A stretch of 64,000 bases of DNA from an uncultured Oscillospiraceae bacterium (GCA_958366985.1 CATXDC010000004.1:118187-182186); one strand, 5' to 3'. Counted from the stretch's first letter, positions 38,517-48,569 are shown. Program-made: numbers and translations. Notes: generated by a model from the letters alone, not told the origin.

Positions 38517-39086
38517 ATGGATAATATTTCAGCAAATAAAGCAGTAAAAAAAACAAAAATAATCGCATGGATAGAAATAATCATAGGTATATTTCTAACT
38601 GCTTTCAATGGTTTTTTTGTTATTGTGGGAATAACACAGGCAAAAGACTCCACTGATGTAACTCTGATTGCTATATTCGGATGTCTTACGGCAGCAGGTA
38701 TTTTTCTTTTAAGATCAGCTCACCAGAGAAAAGATTTAATCAAGAAATTCAATGATTATTCAGCACGCCTGAAGAGTAATCCCTCAATGACACTACCAAA
38801 TTTAGCTTCGGAGGTCAATGAACCTATCACTGATTTGGCAAAAGATATAAGCAAAATGATTGTTTACGGCTTTTTCCCAAATTCATACATAGACGCAAAA
38901 ACAGGAAGGCTTATAACACCTGATTCAAACATGCAGACCACCTCTTTTACAAACCAGAATATACATACTGTTTCCGATAAACCCGAATACGTAACCGTAC
39001 AGTGCCAAAACTGCGGAGCAACTAATAAAATTGTCAAAGGTTCAGTAGGAGAATGTGAGTTCTGCGGTTCTCAAATTTCACAGTAA
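38517..39086 (+). CDS. membrane protein (2 TM) with C-terminal zinc ribbon
   Basis: Two N-terminal hydrophobic helices and a C-terminal CQNCG-x12-CEFCG zinc ribbon; aggag RBS. Confidence 0.55.
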   Translation: MDNISANKAVKKTKIIAWIEIIIGIFLTAFNGFFVIVGITQAKDSTDVTLIAIFGCLTAAGIFLLRSAHQRKDLIKKFNDYSARLKSNPSMTLPNLASEVNEPITDLAKDISKMIVYGFFPNSYIDAKTGRLITPDSNMQTTSFTNQNIHTVSDKPEYVTVQCQNCGATNKIVKGSVGECEFCGSQISQ

Positions 39087-39103
39087 AACTTACATATTAA
39101 AGC

Positions 39104-39140
39104 AAAACAGCGCATTTTTAGATGCGCTGTTTTTTGTTTA
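39104..39140 (+). terminator. rho-independent terminator closing the 4-gene plus-strand module
   Basis: aaaacagcgcatttttagatgcgctgtttttt. Confidence 0.7.
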
Positions 39141-39156
39141 TATTTTCTGTTATTTT

Positions 39157-39195
39157 ATAAAAAATACCGGAAAGCTTTACGCTTTCCGGCTATGT
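39157..39195 (-). terminator. rho-independent terminator downstream of the KH-domain gene on the minus strand
   Basis: ccggaaagctttacgctttccgg with a T-run on the minus strand. Confidence 0.6.
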
Positions 39196-39236
39196 CCTCT
39201 TTTTTGCTGTTAAAACGCAAACTTATTAAAGAATAA

Positions 39237-39488
39237 TCAGTCAATCTCAACGGAGATTTTGTCACCTGTACGGCTTGCAGCTGCACGCATGACAACACGG
39301 ATTGCCTTGGCAATTCTGCCCTGACGTCCGATAACTCTGCCCATTTCCTCCTGGGAAACGTGAAGATGATAAACTGTTACTCCCTCTTCGTTGGGTTCAT
39401 CAACATCTACGCTGACAGCCTCGGGATTTTCCACAAGACCCTGCGCCACTTTTACAAGTAACTCTTTCATTGCAAACGGCTCCTTCAA
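39237..39488 (-). CDS. KH-domain RNA-binding protein (YlqC/UPF0109)
   Basis: KH motif VIGRQGRIAKAIRVV; conserved position after rpsP. Confidence 0.85.
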   Translation of the reverse strand: MKEPFAMKELLVKVAQGLVENPEAVSVDVDEPNEEGVTVYHLHVSQEEMGRVIGRQGRIAKAIRVVMRAAASRTGDKISVEID

Positions 39489-39490
39489 AC

Positions 39491-39736
39491 TTATTTAATG
39501 ATGCCGTTCTTCTTGAAGAGATCCTTAACTGTATCTGTGGGCTGTGCGCCGTTAGCAATCCACTTTGCTGCCTTCTCAGCGTCAATCTTTACAACTGCGG
39601 GCTCCTCCATGGGATTGTAGTAACCGATTTCCTCGATGAAACGTCCATCACGGGGATATCTTGAATCTGCTACAACTACACGATAGAAAGGTGCCTTTTT
39701 TGCGCCCATGCGGCGAAGTCTGATTTTTACTGCCAT
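39491..39736 (-). CDS. rpsP: 30S ribosomal protein S16
   Basis: [26 protein letters not shown]...; start taken at the internal Met; the ORF track extends to 39805. Confidence 0.9.
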   Translation of the reverse strand: MAVKIRLRRMGAKKAPFYRVVVADSRYPRDGRFIEEIGYYNPMEEPAVVKIDAEKAAKWIANGAQPTDTVKDLFKKNGIIK

Positions 39737-39829
39737 GATTAAATTCCTCCAAAATATTATATATGTTTTTATTTTATCATCACGCTGTGGATGGATTTTT
39801 ACCATTGCTTTGCGTGTTGAATGCTTAAT

Positions 39830-41191
39830 TTAGAATCCCGGGAAACCGCCGGGCATTCCTCCGGGCATACCCATGCCCATTCTGCGCATTTTGCGCTTGC
39901 TTCCCTTGCCTGAGAACTGCTTGAACATCTTCTGCATCTGACGATGCTGAGCAAGGAGCTTGTTTACATCCTCAACCTGCATTCCGCAGCCTGCTGCAAT
40001 TCTGCGCTTTCTTGAGGGATTGATGATTTCCGGCTTTTCCCTTTCAGCGGGAGTCATTGAAAGAATGATAGCTCTTGTTTTATCGAACTGTCTTTCATCG
40101 ATATCCACATTGTCGAGCTTTTTGCCCACACCGGGGATCATGCCGAGAATATCTCTTATTGAACCCATCTTTTTAACCTGCTGAAGCTGGTCAAGAAGAT
40201 CGTTCATATCGAACTTATTTTTTCTGAGCTTTTCTTCAAGCTCAGCAGCTTTTTTCTCGTCAAGTGACTGCTCCGCTTTCTCAATAAGTGAAAGCACATC
40301 GCCCATGCCGAGGATTCTCGAAGCCATACGCTCCGGGTGGAAAACATCGAGATCGCCGAGCTTTTCGCCCACACCCACAAATTTTATGGGCTTGCCTGTT
40401 ACGGCTCTTGCTGAAAGTGCCGCACCGCCTCGTGTATCACCGTCAAGCTTTGTAAGAATAAGTCCGTCTATACCCAGAGCCTCGTCAAAGGATGCAGCAA
40501 CATTGACCGCATCCTGACCGGTCATTGAGTCAACTACAAGAAGAATTTCGTGAGGCTTTACCTCGCTCTTTATGTTTTTAAGCTCGGTCATAAGCTCTTC
40601 ATCAATGTGAAGACGTCCTGCCGTATCAAGAAAAACATAATCGTAGCCTTTATCTTTTGCAAGCTTTACAGCCTCTTTAGCGATTGTAACGGGATCAATC
40701 TGACCCATTTCAAAAACGGGAACTCCCGCTTTTTCACCTACAACCTGGAGCTGCTTGATAGCTGCCGGACGGTAAACGTCGCAGGCTACAAGAAGAGGTC
40801 TGTTGCCCTGATTTTTAAGCATAAGGGCAAGCTTTGCACTGTGGGTTGTTTTACCTGAACCCTGAAGACCGCACATCATAACGATTGTAGGCGGATGAGG
40901 AGCAGAAGCAAGCCTTGTGCGTGTTCCGCCCATAAGCTGTGTAAGCTCTTCATTAACTATTTTTATTACCATCTGCGCCGGAGTCAGGCTTTCCATAACC
41001 TGGGCGCCGATTGCTCTTTCTGTTACCTTGTTTGTAAAATCCTTTGCCACCTTATAGCTGACATCGGCCTCAAGAAGGGCAAGGCGCACCTCCCTCATGG
41101 CCTCTTTAACGTCGCTTTCGGTAAGCTTTCCCTTTGAACGCAGCTTTTTAAACGCCGCTTCAAGCTTGTCGGAAAGACCTTCAAATGCCAA
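39830..41191 (-). CDS. ffh: signal recognition particle protein Ffh
   Basis: NG domain GTPase motifs (GLQGSGKTT, DTAGR, TKLD) and a Met-rich M domain with C-terminal GMPGGMPGGFPG. Confidence 0.95.
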   Translation of the reverse strand: MAFEGLSDKLEAAFKKLRSKGKLTESDVKEAMREVRLALLEADVSYKVAKDFTNKVTERAIGAQVMESLTPAQMVIKIVNEELTQLMGGTRTRLASAPHPPTIVMMCGLQGSGKTTHSAKLALMLKNQGNRPLLVACDVYRPAAIKQLQVVGEKAGVPVFEMGQIDPVTIAKEAVKLAKDKGYDYVFLDTAGRLHIDEELMTELKNIKSEVKPHEILLVVDSMTGQDAVNVAASFDEALGIDGLILTKLDGDTRGGAALSARAVTGKPIKFVGVGEKLGDLDVFHPERMASRILGMGDVLSLIEKAEQSLDEKKAAELEEKLRKNKFDMNDLLDQLQQVKKMGSIRDILGMIPGVGKKLDNVDIDERQFDKTRAIILSMTPAEREKPEIINPSRKRRIAAGCGMQVEDVNKLLAQHRQMQKMFKQFSGKGSKRKMRRMGMGMPGGMPGGFPGF

Positions 41192-41211
41192 ATCTAATCA
41201 GTCCTTACTGC

Positions 41212-41598
41212 TTATTCGCACAGAGCCTGTGCTGTAGCTTTGATTTTTACCGTTGTATCGTTAATTTCTCTCGAAAGGCCGCAGCGCATATTGCACTCGC
41301 TTATTTCGTCCGCATATCGGATAATCTCATTAAGTCCTCTGCGCACATCTTCAAAACGCTTTGCAAAAGAAAGCTTTTCTTCCATTTCAAGAAGCTGCGC
41401 TTCGGCTCGTTTTATAGAATCACGAACACCTTGACGGGTTATTCCCTCGTTTTCGGCTATTTCTGAAAGCGAAAGGTCGTCATTATAGTAGTAACCGAGA
41501 AAATCACGCTGTTTTTCCGTGAGCATGTCCCCGTAAAAATCAAGGAGCATTATTATTTCAAGATTTTTAGCCACAGTTACCACTTCCTTTCCCCTCAA
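41212..41598 (-). CDS. ylxM: YlxM/UPF0122 putative HTH protein of the SRP operon
   Basis: LLDFYGDMLTEKQRDFLGYYYNDDLSLSEIAE... sigma-70 region-4-like HTH; the true start is probably internal to the 128-aa ORF. Confidence 0.75.
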   Translation of the reverse strand: MRGKEVVTVAKNLEIIMLLDFYGDMLTEKQRDFLGYYYNDDLSLSEIAENEGITRQGVRDSIKRAEAQLLEMEEKLSFAKRFEDVRRGLNEIIRYADEISECNMRCGLSREINDTTVKIKATAQALCE

Positions 41599-41644
41599 AG
41601 TGTGTAAAGAACAAATACTTTACAGTCGGTTATTATACTAAAAA

Positions 41645-41693
41645 AACAGGCGGGTGTCAAGGGCTTTTACGCACCTTTTTCGCCTGTTTTTTC
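41645..41693. terminator. bidirectional terminator (mutS2 3' end / ylxM upstream)
   Basis: aaaaaacaggcgggtgtcaagggcttttacgcacctttttcgcctgtttttt. Confidence 0.55.
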
Positions 41694-41896
41694 AACACTT
41701 CAATGTGGAATGTGGAAAACTTCCGTCGGTGTTTCAACTACTTGTACAGCCACACCTATAAAAGCACAATATATCCGTGAAAAATGGATTATTTTATAAA
41801 TTTACAGGTGGAAAACTTTTTTTGAAACTTTAAATCCGGCACATCCGAATATGTTCAATATTACCATAATACCGGCTTTAAACTGACGGCAGAATC

Positions 41897-44296
41897 TTAT
41901 TTTAAAGTTACTATTGTAACTCCGTTTTCACCCTCACCGTAAACTCCCAGACGGAATGTTCTTATCTGAGGATGACTTCTAAGATGTGTCTGCACTGCGC
42001 TTCTAAGAGCACCTGTGCCTTTTCCGTGAATAACCGTAAACTCATTTATACCTGACATTACGGCGCTGTCAATAAACATATCGAGCTCCATTAAAGCCTC
42101 ATCAACGGTTTTACCTCTTAAATCACAGCTTGTATTTACCTTTGCGGTAGCTCTGCTTTCAGTTCCCCTAATTGTTCTTGTAAGAGGAATTTTCGGCTTG
42201 CTACTTTCCTTCTTATTTGTAAGGCGCAAGGTCTCCTGCTTTACTCTTGTTTTAAGAAGTCCTGCCTGAATAAGCACATTGCCGTTTTTATCCGGCGGCT
42301 CTATAACCGTTGCGGCAGTTCCCATGCCGGCAATTATTACGCTGTCACCTGCTTTAAGAGGTCTTTCAGGTACATAGCTCTCATCCTCTTCAATATGAAG
42401 TGAAGAACCTGTGGTTTCCTGAAGCTTGCCAATGCCTCTTTTCATCTGCTGTTTTGCTCTTCTTGCAAGATCGTTTGCATCGGCAGTGTTTTTGCTCTCT
42501 TTTTTGAGCTTCTCTATTTCCAGCATCAGAGAAGCAGCTTCCCTCTTAGCCCTTTCGACTATTCTCAGAGCTTCGCCTCTGGCTTTTTCAAGCTCTTTTT
42601 CACGGAGAGTTTCAATCTCCTCTTTTTTCGCCTCGGCAGCCTGTTTTTCCCTGTCCGCCTGAGCCTTTAAGGTGCGTACATCTTCTCTTTCACGCTCAAT
42701 GCCTCTGCGGCTTTCCTCAAGACTTGCAACAACATTTTCAAACCTTGAATTTTCCGTTGAAACAAGCTCCTTGGCACGCTCTATAACTTTTTCCTCCATG
42801 CCAATACGCAGAGAAATTGCAAAGGCGTTGGAGCGTCCTGGTACGCCTATCAAAAGCCTGTATGTGGGACGGAGAGTGGCAACATCAAATTCACATGATC
42901 CGTTTTCGACTCTCGGTGTCTGCAATGCATAAGCTTTAAGTTCTGCATAGTGAGTTGTAGCACCGATTTTAGCTCCCTTTTCGTTAAGGCGTTCAAGTAT
43001 AGCCATAGCAAGAGCAGCGCCCTCTACTGGGTCTGTACCCGCTCCAAGCTCATCTATGAGCACAAGGCTTCTGTCATCGGCCTTTTTCATTATATCTATT
43101 ATATTTGTCATATGAGCAGAGAATGTGGAAAGAGACTGCTCGATACTCTGCTCGTCTCCGATATCAGCAAGGACGTTATCGAAAACGGAAACTTCACTTT
43201 CATCGGCAGCAGGAATCATAAGTCCGCACATTGACATAAGAGTAAAAAGTCCTATGGTTTTAATAGATACGGTTTTACCGCCGGTATTGGGGCCTGTTAT
43301 TACAAGGGTATCAAAATCTTTTCCCAGAAAAATATCTGTTGCCACTACCTTTGCGGGGTCAATAAGTGGATGTCTTGCTCTTCTGAGAGCTATTATACCC
43401 TTATCGTTAAGCAGAGGTTTTGATGCTTTCATCTTATAGGCAAGCTGAGCTTTTGCAAAAATAAGATCAAGCTCCACTGCATTTTCGTATCCCGATTTTA
43501 TAGCCTCGGCAAAGCCTCCCGCCTCAACGGAAAGCTCATAGATTATTCTGTCGATTTCGTCCCGCTCTTTGCTCTGTAAAACTTTTATGACGTTATTGGC
43601 TTCAACTACTGCTATGGGCTCAACAAAAACTGTCGCTCCGCTGGAAGATGTATCGTGTACAAGTCCGGGAACTTCGCTTCTGTGCTCGTTCCTTACAGGA
43701 ACAACAAATCTTCCGTTTCGCATAGTGACAATTGGATCCTGAAGATATTTCTGATACTGGGGTGAGCGTATCATTCTGTCAAGCTTTTCACGTACTGACG
43801 ATGACGCTGCTCTTATCTTTCTCCTGATATTCGCAAGCTCCGTAGATGCATTATCGGACATCTCTTCCTCAGAGATAATAGCGGAGGTTATTTTATCTTC
43901 AAGATATCTGTTAGGTATAAGGGCATTAAAATAACCGTCAATTGAGGTTTTAAGTCCCTCGCCGTGTTCACGCCAGCGGACAAGTCCTCTTATTGTGCTG
44001 AGAACTCCTGCTATTTTAAGAAGTTCGCCCATAGTCAGTGTTCCCCCTGCCTCGGCACGGCTGAGAGAATTGTTTACGTTTACAAGTCCTCCGAACGATG
44101 GACCGCCGAACTTTGCAAGAAGCATATGAGCGTCAACGGTCTGATCTATGAGAGTCTGGGCTCCCTCAAGGTTTCCGCAGGGCATTATCTCCAGAGCTCT
44201 TTCCCCTGCGTCATCACTTGCCGTAAACTCTGAAAGCTTTTCTAAAATCTTATCAAGCTCCAAAGAGCGGTAATGTCTGTTTTCTTTTGCTGTCAT
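41897..44296 (-). CDS. mutS2: endonuclease MutS2
   Basis: MutS domain V ATPase (GPNTGGKTV, DELGAGTDP), long coiled-coil, C-terminal Smr domain. Confidence 0.95.
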   Translation of the reverse strand: MTAKENRHYRSLELDKILEKLSEFTASDDAGERALEIMPCGNLEGAQTLIDQTVDAHMLLAKFGGPSFGGLVNVNNSLSRAEAGGTLTMGELLKIAGVLSTIRGLVRWREHGEGLKTSIDGYFNALIPNRYLEDKITSAIISEEEMSDNASTELANIRRKIRAASSSVREKLDRMIRSPQYQKYLQDPIVTMRNGRFVVPVRNEHRSEVPGLVHDTSSSGATVFVEPIAVVEANNVIKVLQSKERDEIDRIIYELSVEAGGFAEAIKSGYENAVELDLIFAKAQLAYKMKASKPLLNDKGIIALRRARHPLIDPAKVVATDIFLGKDFDTLVITGPNTGGKTVSIKTIGLFTLMSMCGLMIPAADESEVSVFDNVLADIGDEQSIEQSLSTFSAHMTNIIDIMKKADDRSLVLIDELGAGTDPVEGAALAMAILERLNEKGAKIGATTHYAELKAYALQTPRVENGSCEFDVATLRPTYRLLIGVPGRSNAFAISLRIGMEEKVIERAKELVSTENSRFENVVASLEESRRGIEREREDVRTLKAQADREKQAAEAKKEEIETLREKELEKARGEALRIVERAKREAASLMLEIEKLKKESKNTADANDLARRAKQQMKRGIGKLQETTGSSLHIEEDESYVPERPLKAGDSVIIAGMGTAATVIEPPDKNGNVLIQAGLLKTRVKQETLRLTNKKESSKPKIPLTRTIRGTESRATAKVNTSCDLRGKTVDEALMELDMFIDSAVMSGINEFTVIHGKGTGALRSAVQTHLRSHPQIRTFRLGVYGEGENGVTIVTLK

Positions 44297-44328
44297 GGTT
44301 TTCTCCTCATTATATGTACATATATAAA

Positions 44329-45072
44329 CTAAATGTCTGAAGCTATGGTGTTATAAAACTCCAGTGTATAAAATCTTCTTCTGACACGGGTGAGAAGATA
44401 TTCCTCAACCGTATCCGAAAGCACTTTAAGGCTTTCATCGGGCATGGAAAAATTGAAAATCTTTTCCGTTTCACTATAACAGATATGGCGCATTGCCGTT
44501 ATAACTCCGAGACTCACACTTTTCCCTAAACCATATCCGCAGCTTTGGCAGTAAAGTACGGGCTTTCGGCAGTCAAAATACATTGTGGGAGTTTCAAAGG
44601 CTCCGCATTTTTCGCAGCAGATTAAATCCGGCATATATCCGGCTGCACACAATAGCCTTAACTCCGTTACGGCTTTTATCTGCTTTTGAGGCTTTGTTCC
44701 CTTACAGAGAAGATAAAGTGCATTTAGTACCGTTCGCAGAATTTCTTCCGCTTCGTCCTCTCTGGGAGCCAAAGCATCGCTGAGCTCTGCAAAATACTGC
44801 CCTAAAGTCAGAGCCTCAACACTTTTTCTCAAATCAAAAAACACGTTTATAGGCTCAGCTTCATCTATTACGTTTTTCTCTTTTCCCATATAGATGGAAA
44901 ATCTCGAATAGCAAAGAAGCTGAGTTGCCCCCGCATAGGTGCTCTTAATACGCCTTGCCCCACGGACAAAAGCTCTGACGATTCCTTTCTGACGGGTCAG
45001 AAGAGTAATGAGCCTGTCCGATTCACCGATATTCTGTTCCCTGATAACCAGCCCGTCGGCTTCCAGACGCAT
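44329..45072 (-). CDS. recO: DNA repair protein RecO
   Basis: N-terminal OB fold MRLEADGLVIREQNIGESDRLITLLT and a C-terminal C4 zinc motif (CEKCG...CQSCG). Confidence 0.85.
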   Translation of the reverse strand: MRLEADGLVIREQNIGESDRLITLLTRQKGIVRAFVRGARRIKSTYAGATQLLCYSRFSIYMGKEKNVIDEAEPINVFFDLRKSVEALTLGQYFAELSDALAPREDEAEEILRTVLNALYLLCKGTKPQKQIKAVTELRLLCAAGYMPDLICCEKCGAFETPTMYFDCRKPVLYCQSCGYGLGKSVSLGVITAMRHICYSETEKIFNFSMPDESLKVLSDTVEEYLLTRVRRRFYTLEFYNTIASDI

Positions 45073-45340
45073 TTTTCTCCCCCCTGCCGGAATGTACGCT
45101 ATTTTCCGCCCTGAACGCTTTGCGGTATGTTATATAGTCCTGTGCCTTTCCGCTCTGAGCAAATTTTCTCCACGCATTATCCGCAGTGTTCATAAAACCA
45201 TCCCTTAAATAAAATTTAAACGTTGGTTTTAAATTGCCACCGACGATATTTTTTATAACAGGTAAAAAATTGCTTTGCCGAAAAAGCAAGGAAAATCAAG
45301 ACCCGGTAAATTCTGCCTTTTGTTTTTTTATGTTAATTTA

Positions 45341-46246
45341 TCAATCAAGTCCGAAATTGTGGATAATGCCCTCACGGTTTCTCCAGTCCTCTTTGACCTT
45401 TACCCAGCACTGAAGATTGATTTTGCAATCAAAAAATCTTTCCATATCCTCTCTGGCATATGTGGAAATCTTTTTGAGCATTGCGCCCTTTTTACCGATT
45501 ACAATACCTTTATGACTCTCTTTTTCACAGTAAATTGTCGCTTCAACGTCAAGGATTGTTTCGCCCTTTGCATTTTCACGTTCACGCATTTTTTCAATGC
45601 TTACGGCTATTCCATGGGGAATTTCCTTATCCAAAAGTCGGAGCATTTTCTCTCTTATAATCTCCGAAGCCAAAACTCTTTCCGGCTGATCTGTTAAAGT
45701 GTCATCGGGGAAAAAGTGCATTGACTCGAAAGAGAGCTTTTCGAGCTCATCTATAAGAGCTTCAACTCCGTCGCCCTTTACGGCAGAAACAGGCACAACT
45801 GCCTCAAAATCATACATTGAAGCAAGTGAAGCTATTTTTACCATAAGATCTGTTTTCTGCTTTACTGTATCAATTTTATTTACTGCCAGCACAACGGGCA
45901 TTTTTTCCTTTTTAAACTTTTCAATAAGCTCTTTTTCACCGGGCTTAAGTTCACCCTCTGCCTCCACTACAAAAAGGCAGGCATCAACGCCGGAGATGCT
46001 GTCGCCTACAGCCTGTACCATTTTTTCACCCAGCTTATTTTTAGGACGGTGGAAACCGGGAGTATCGGTAAATACAAGCTGAACTTCGCCCCTTGTAAGC
46101 ACGCCCATTATCTTTGTTCTTGTAGTCTGAGGTTTACTTGATACAATTGCGATTTTCTGACCGAGCATTACGTTTAAAAGAGATGACTTACCAACATTGG
46201 GACATCCGACAATTGCGATAAATGCTGTTTTTTCCATATATTTCAC
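45341..46246 (-). CDS. era: GTPase Era
   Basis: G1 GCPNVGKSS, G3 DTPG, G4 NKID and a C-terminal KH domain. Confidence 0.95.
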   Translation of the reverse strand: MKYMEKTAFIAIVGCPNVGKSSLLNVMLGQKIAIVSSKPQTTRTKIMGVLTRGEVQLVFTDTPGFHRPKNKLGEKMVQAVGDSISGVDACLFVVEAEGELKPGEKELIEKFKKEKMPVVLAVNKIDTVKQKTDLMVKIASLASMYDFEAVVPVSAVKGDGVEALIDELEKLSFESMHFFPDDTLTDQPERVLASEIIREKMLRLLDKEIPHGIAVSIEKMRERENAKGETILDVEATIYCEKESHKGIVIGKKGAMLKKISTYAREDMERFFDCKINLQCWVKVKEDWRNREGIIHNFGLD

Positions 46247-46373
46247 CTTAAAGGGATTAAGCTTAAAGCTTTCCCCAACCTTTCTTTTTTCATATTTTAC
46301 ATCTTTAACTTATATCATACAACACTGCAAAGGTGATATTTTGCCTTTTAAGGGTAAATTTTATTTACCGCAC

Positions 46374-46410
46374 TAAAAAAGGGGGAACAGTGTTCCCCCT
46401 TAAACAGGCT
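46374..46410 (-). terminator. rho-independent terminator after dgkA (minus strand)
   Basis: aagggggaacagtgttccccctt with TTTTTT on the minus strand. Confidence 0.65.
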
Positions 46411-46455
46411 TTGCAGTGAGCCTTTTTAACTTTAAAAAGAGAAACTATATTCCAA

Positions 46456-46926
46456 TCATTTTGTCTTTTTTCTCTCAAAAAGAAAGATAAAACATCCTGA
46501 CGGAATAAAGCTCAAAAGCAGCACAATAAGCATAAGGGGATTATTTATATAATAATTTAAAAGTTCCCGCATATACTCCGGCTTTCCTAAAACGGCAATG
46601 CCGACTAAAACAGCGAATATGGCACAGATAAGCACTGCACCTGCCGCCGCATCCTTGGCACGCTTTGCAAGAGGACGGTATTCCTTAGTTACAAGGTCCA
46701 CACATCTTTCCAAAGCCGTATTGAAGCACTCGGCAGAAAGCACCAATGCGCTTGCCAAAAGGGTTATGGCGAGTTCCGCCCTTGTAAGGGGGAAAAAGTC
46801 ATATATCCCTATGTAGCAATACATATAGATAAGGACAGTGATATGAATACGCATATTTCTGCCGGTTTTTACGGCATGCCAAATTCCTTTGAAAGCGTAC
46901 CCGAAACTGTTAATCAGACTTTTCAT
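46456..46926 (-). CDS. dgkA: diacylglycerol/undecaprenol kinase (DgkA family)
   Basis: 3-TM prokaryotic DAGK fold with conserved ...ECFNTALE... region; position between ybeY and era. Confidence 0.75.
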   Translation of the reverse strand: MKSLINSFGYAFKGIWHAVKTGRNMRIHITVLIYMYCYIGIYDFFPLTRAELAITLLASALVLSAECFNTALERCVDLVTKEYRPLAKRAKDAAAGAVLICAIFAVLVGIAVLGKPEYMRELLNYYINNPLMLIVLLLSFIPSGCFIFLFERKKTK

Positions 46927-47435
46927 TATTCCTCATCCATGTAATAGCTGCTGTTTCTTTTAAGTCCCAGCTGTGTGAGAACTGTCTCTTCCTTTTCTCT
47001 CATTCTTACAGACTCAATTCCGCCGCCCTCATGGTCATAGCCCAAAAGGTGGAGCATTGAATGAACTGTAAGGAATCCGATTTCTCTCTGGAGAGAATGA
47101 CCGTAACGATCTGCCTGATCAACGGCGTGTTCCATTGAGATTACGATATCGCCCAGCATTTTAGCTCCTGTTGCGGGGTTAACGTCATAAACTCCGTTTT
47201 CACCAAGAGGGAAGGAAAGTACATCAGTACTGCGGTCAATATTTCTGAATGTCTTGTTAAGATTCTGGATTTCCTCATCATTTACAAATTTTACGCTTAC
47301 CTCAGCAGAGCCCTGGAACTGCTCATAAGTGAGAACAGCTGTGCAGCAGCGACGGATAAGCATACGTATTCCTGTAGGCACCTTTACATTTTTCTGTGCA
47401 TTTGTAATTATTACTTTCACCCTATTTTCTGTCAT
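46926..47435 (-). CDS. ybeY: rRNA maturation endoribonuclease YbeY
   Basis: H3xH5xH metal motif (HSMLHLLGYDH); start set at ATG 47435 after a GAGGAGG RBS, overlapping the phoH stop by about 14 nt; the ORF track extends to 47489. Confidence 0.85.
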   Translation of the reverse strand: MTENRVKVIITNAQKNVKVPTGIRMLIRRCCTAVLTYEQFQGSAEVSVKFVNDEEIQNLNKTFRNIDRSTDVLSFPLGENGVYDVNPATGAKMLGDIVISMEHAVDQADRYGHSLQREIGFLTVHSMLHLLGYDHEGGGIESVRMREKEETVLTQLGLKRNSSYYMDEE

Positions 47436-48399
47436 TTCTCTTTCTGACCTCCTCATATTTTTCATAGGCTTTGATAATATCCTGAACAAGCTTATGTCTT
47501 ACAACGTCTCGCTCCGTAAAGCGGACGGTTTCAACGTCTTCAACGTGGCGAAGCACCTTCATTGCCTCTACAAGACCGGATCTTTTTCCGTCAGGCAAAT
47601 CCATCTGCGTAATATCGCCGGTTACTACAATTTTTGAATTAAAGCCAAGGCGTGTTAAAAACATCTTCATCTGCTCGGGAGTTGTATTCTGAGCTTCATC
47701 GAGAATAATGAAGCTGTCATCAAGGGTTCGTCCTCTCATATAAGCAAGGGGAGCAACCTCGATGTTGCCACGCTCCTGATACTTCTGAAAGTTTTCGGCG
47801 CCGAGCATATCAAAAAGGGCATCGTAAAGGGGTCTCAAATAAGGATCAACCTTCTGCTGTAAATCGCCGGGAAGAAAGCCAAGCTTTTCTCCTGCCTCCA
47901 CCGCAGGACGGGTGAGGATGATCCTGTTAATTTCCTTTGCACGGAATGCGCTTACAGCCATTGCAACGGCAAGATAAGTTTTTCCCGTACCGGCAGGACC
48001 GACACCCAGCACAACGGTGTTATCTTTAATTGATTCAATATATTTTTTCTGACCCAGGGTTTTAGCCTTTACTGGTTTTCCCTTGGCTGTTATGCATATG
48101 CAATCATCAGACATACTTCGGAGCTTATTCTCACTGCCCTCACGGACAAGTGAAATAACATAACGGACATTCTGCTCGCTTAAAGCTTCACCCTTATTAA
48201 TAAGAGTAAGCAGACCGTTTACAGCTCTTGCGGCAGCGGATACATTTTCCGGCTCTCCGGTAATTTTAAGGTCTGAACCTCTGCTTACAACGGAAACTGA
48301 AAATTCCTTTTCAATAAGCTTTACGTTTTCATCAAAGCTCCCGAAAAGGCTCACCGCCTGCTCCATTCTGTCTATATTGATTATTTGCTCGAACATCAC
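47422..48399 (-). CDS. phoH: PhoH-like ATPase
   Basis: Walker A GPAGTGKTYLAVAMAV; PhoH/YbeZ family. Confidence 0.9.
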   Translation of the reverse strand: MMFEQIINIDRMEQAVSLFGSFDENVKLIEKEFSVSVVSRGSDLKITGEPENVSAAARAVNGLLTLINKGEALSEQNVRYVISLVREGSENKLRSMSDDCICITAKGKPVKAKTLGQKKYIESIKDNTVVLGVGPAGTGKTYLAVAMAVSAFRAKEINRIILTRPAVEAGEKLGFLPGDLQQKVDPYLRPLYDALFDMLGAENFQKYQERGNIEVAPLAYMRGRTLDDSFIILDEAQNTTPEQMKMFLTRLGFNSKIVVTGDITQMDLPDGKRSGLVEAMKVLRHVEDVETVRFTERDVVRHKLVQDIIKAYEKYEEVRKRNDRK

Positions 48400-48569
48400 A
48401 TCGCCTGACCTTTGATTTTCTTTTTATTTTGTTAGATTATAACATAATTTATTTTAAAAGTCATTAATATTGAATAAAAATCAAGGAAAATTTACAATAT
48501 TTTCACACTCTCAAGTTGTGCAAAACAACAAAATACGAGCTTTTGTAAACTAATTTTAAAATTCTATGA

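Noticed and set aside
39491-39805. Long form of rpsP (104 aa) starting at 39805
   Set aside because: S16 universally begins MAVKIRL...; the upstream 23 codons are unconserved and an RBS precedes the internal ATG.
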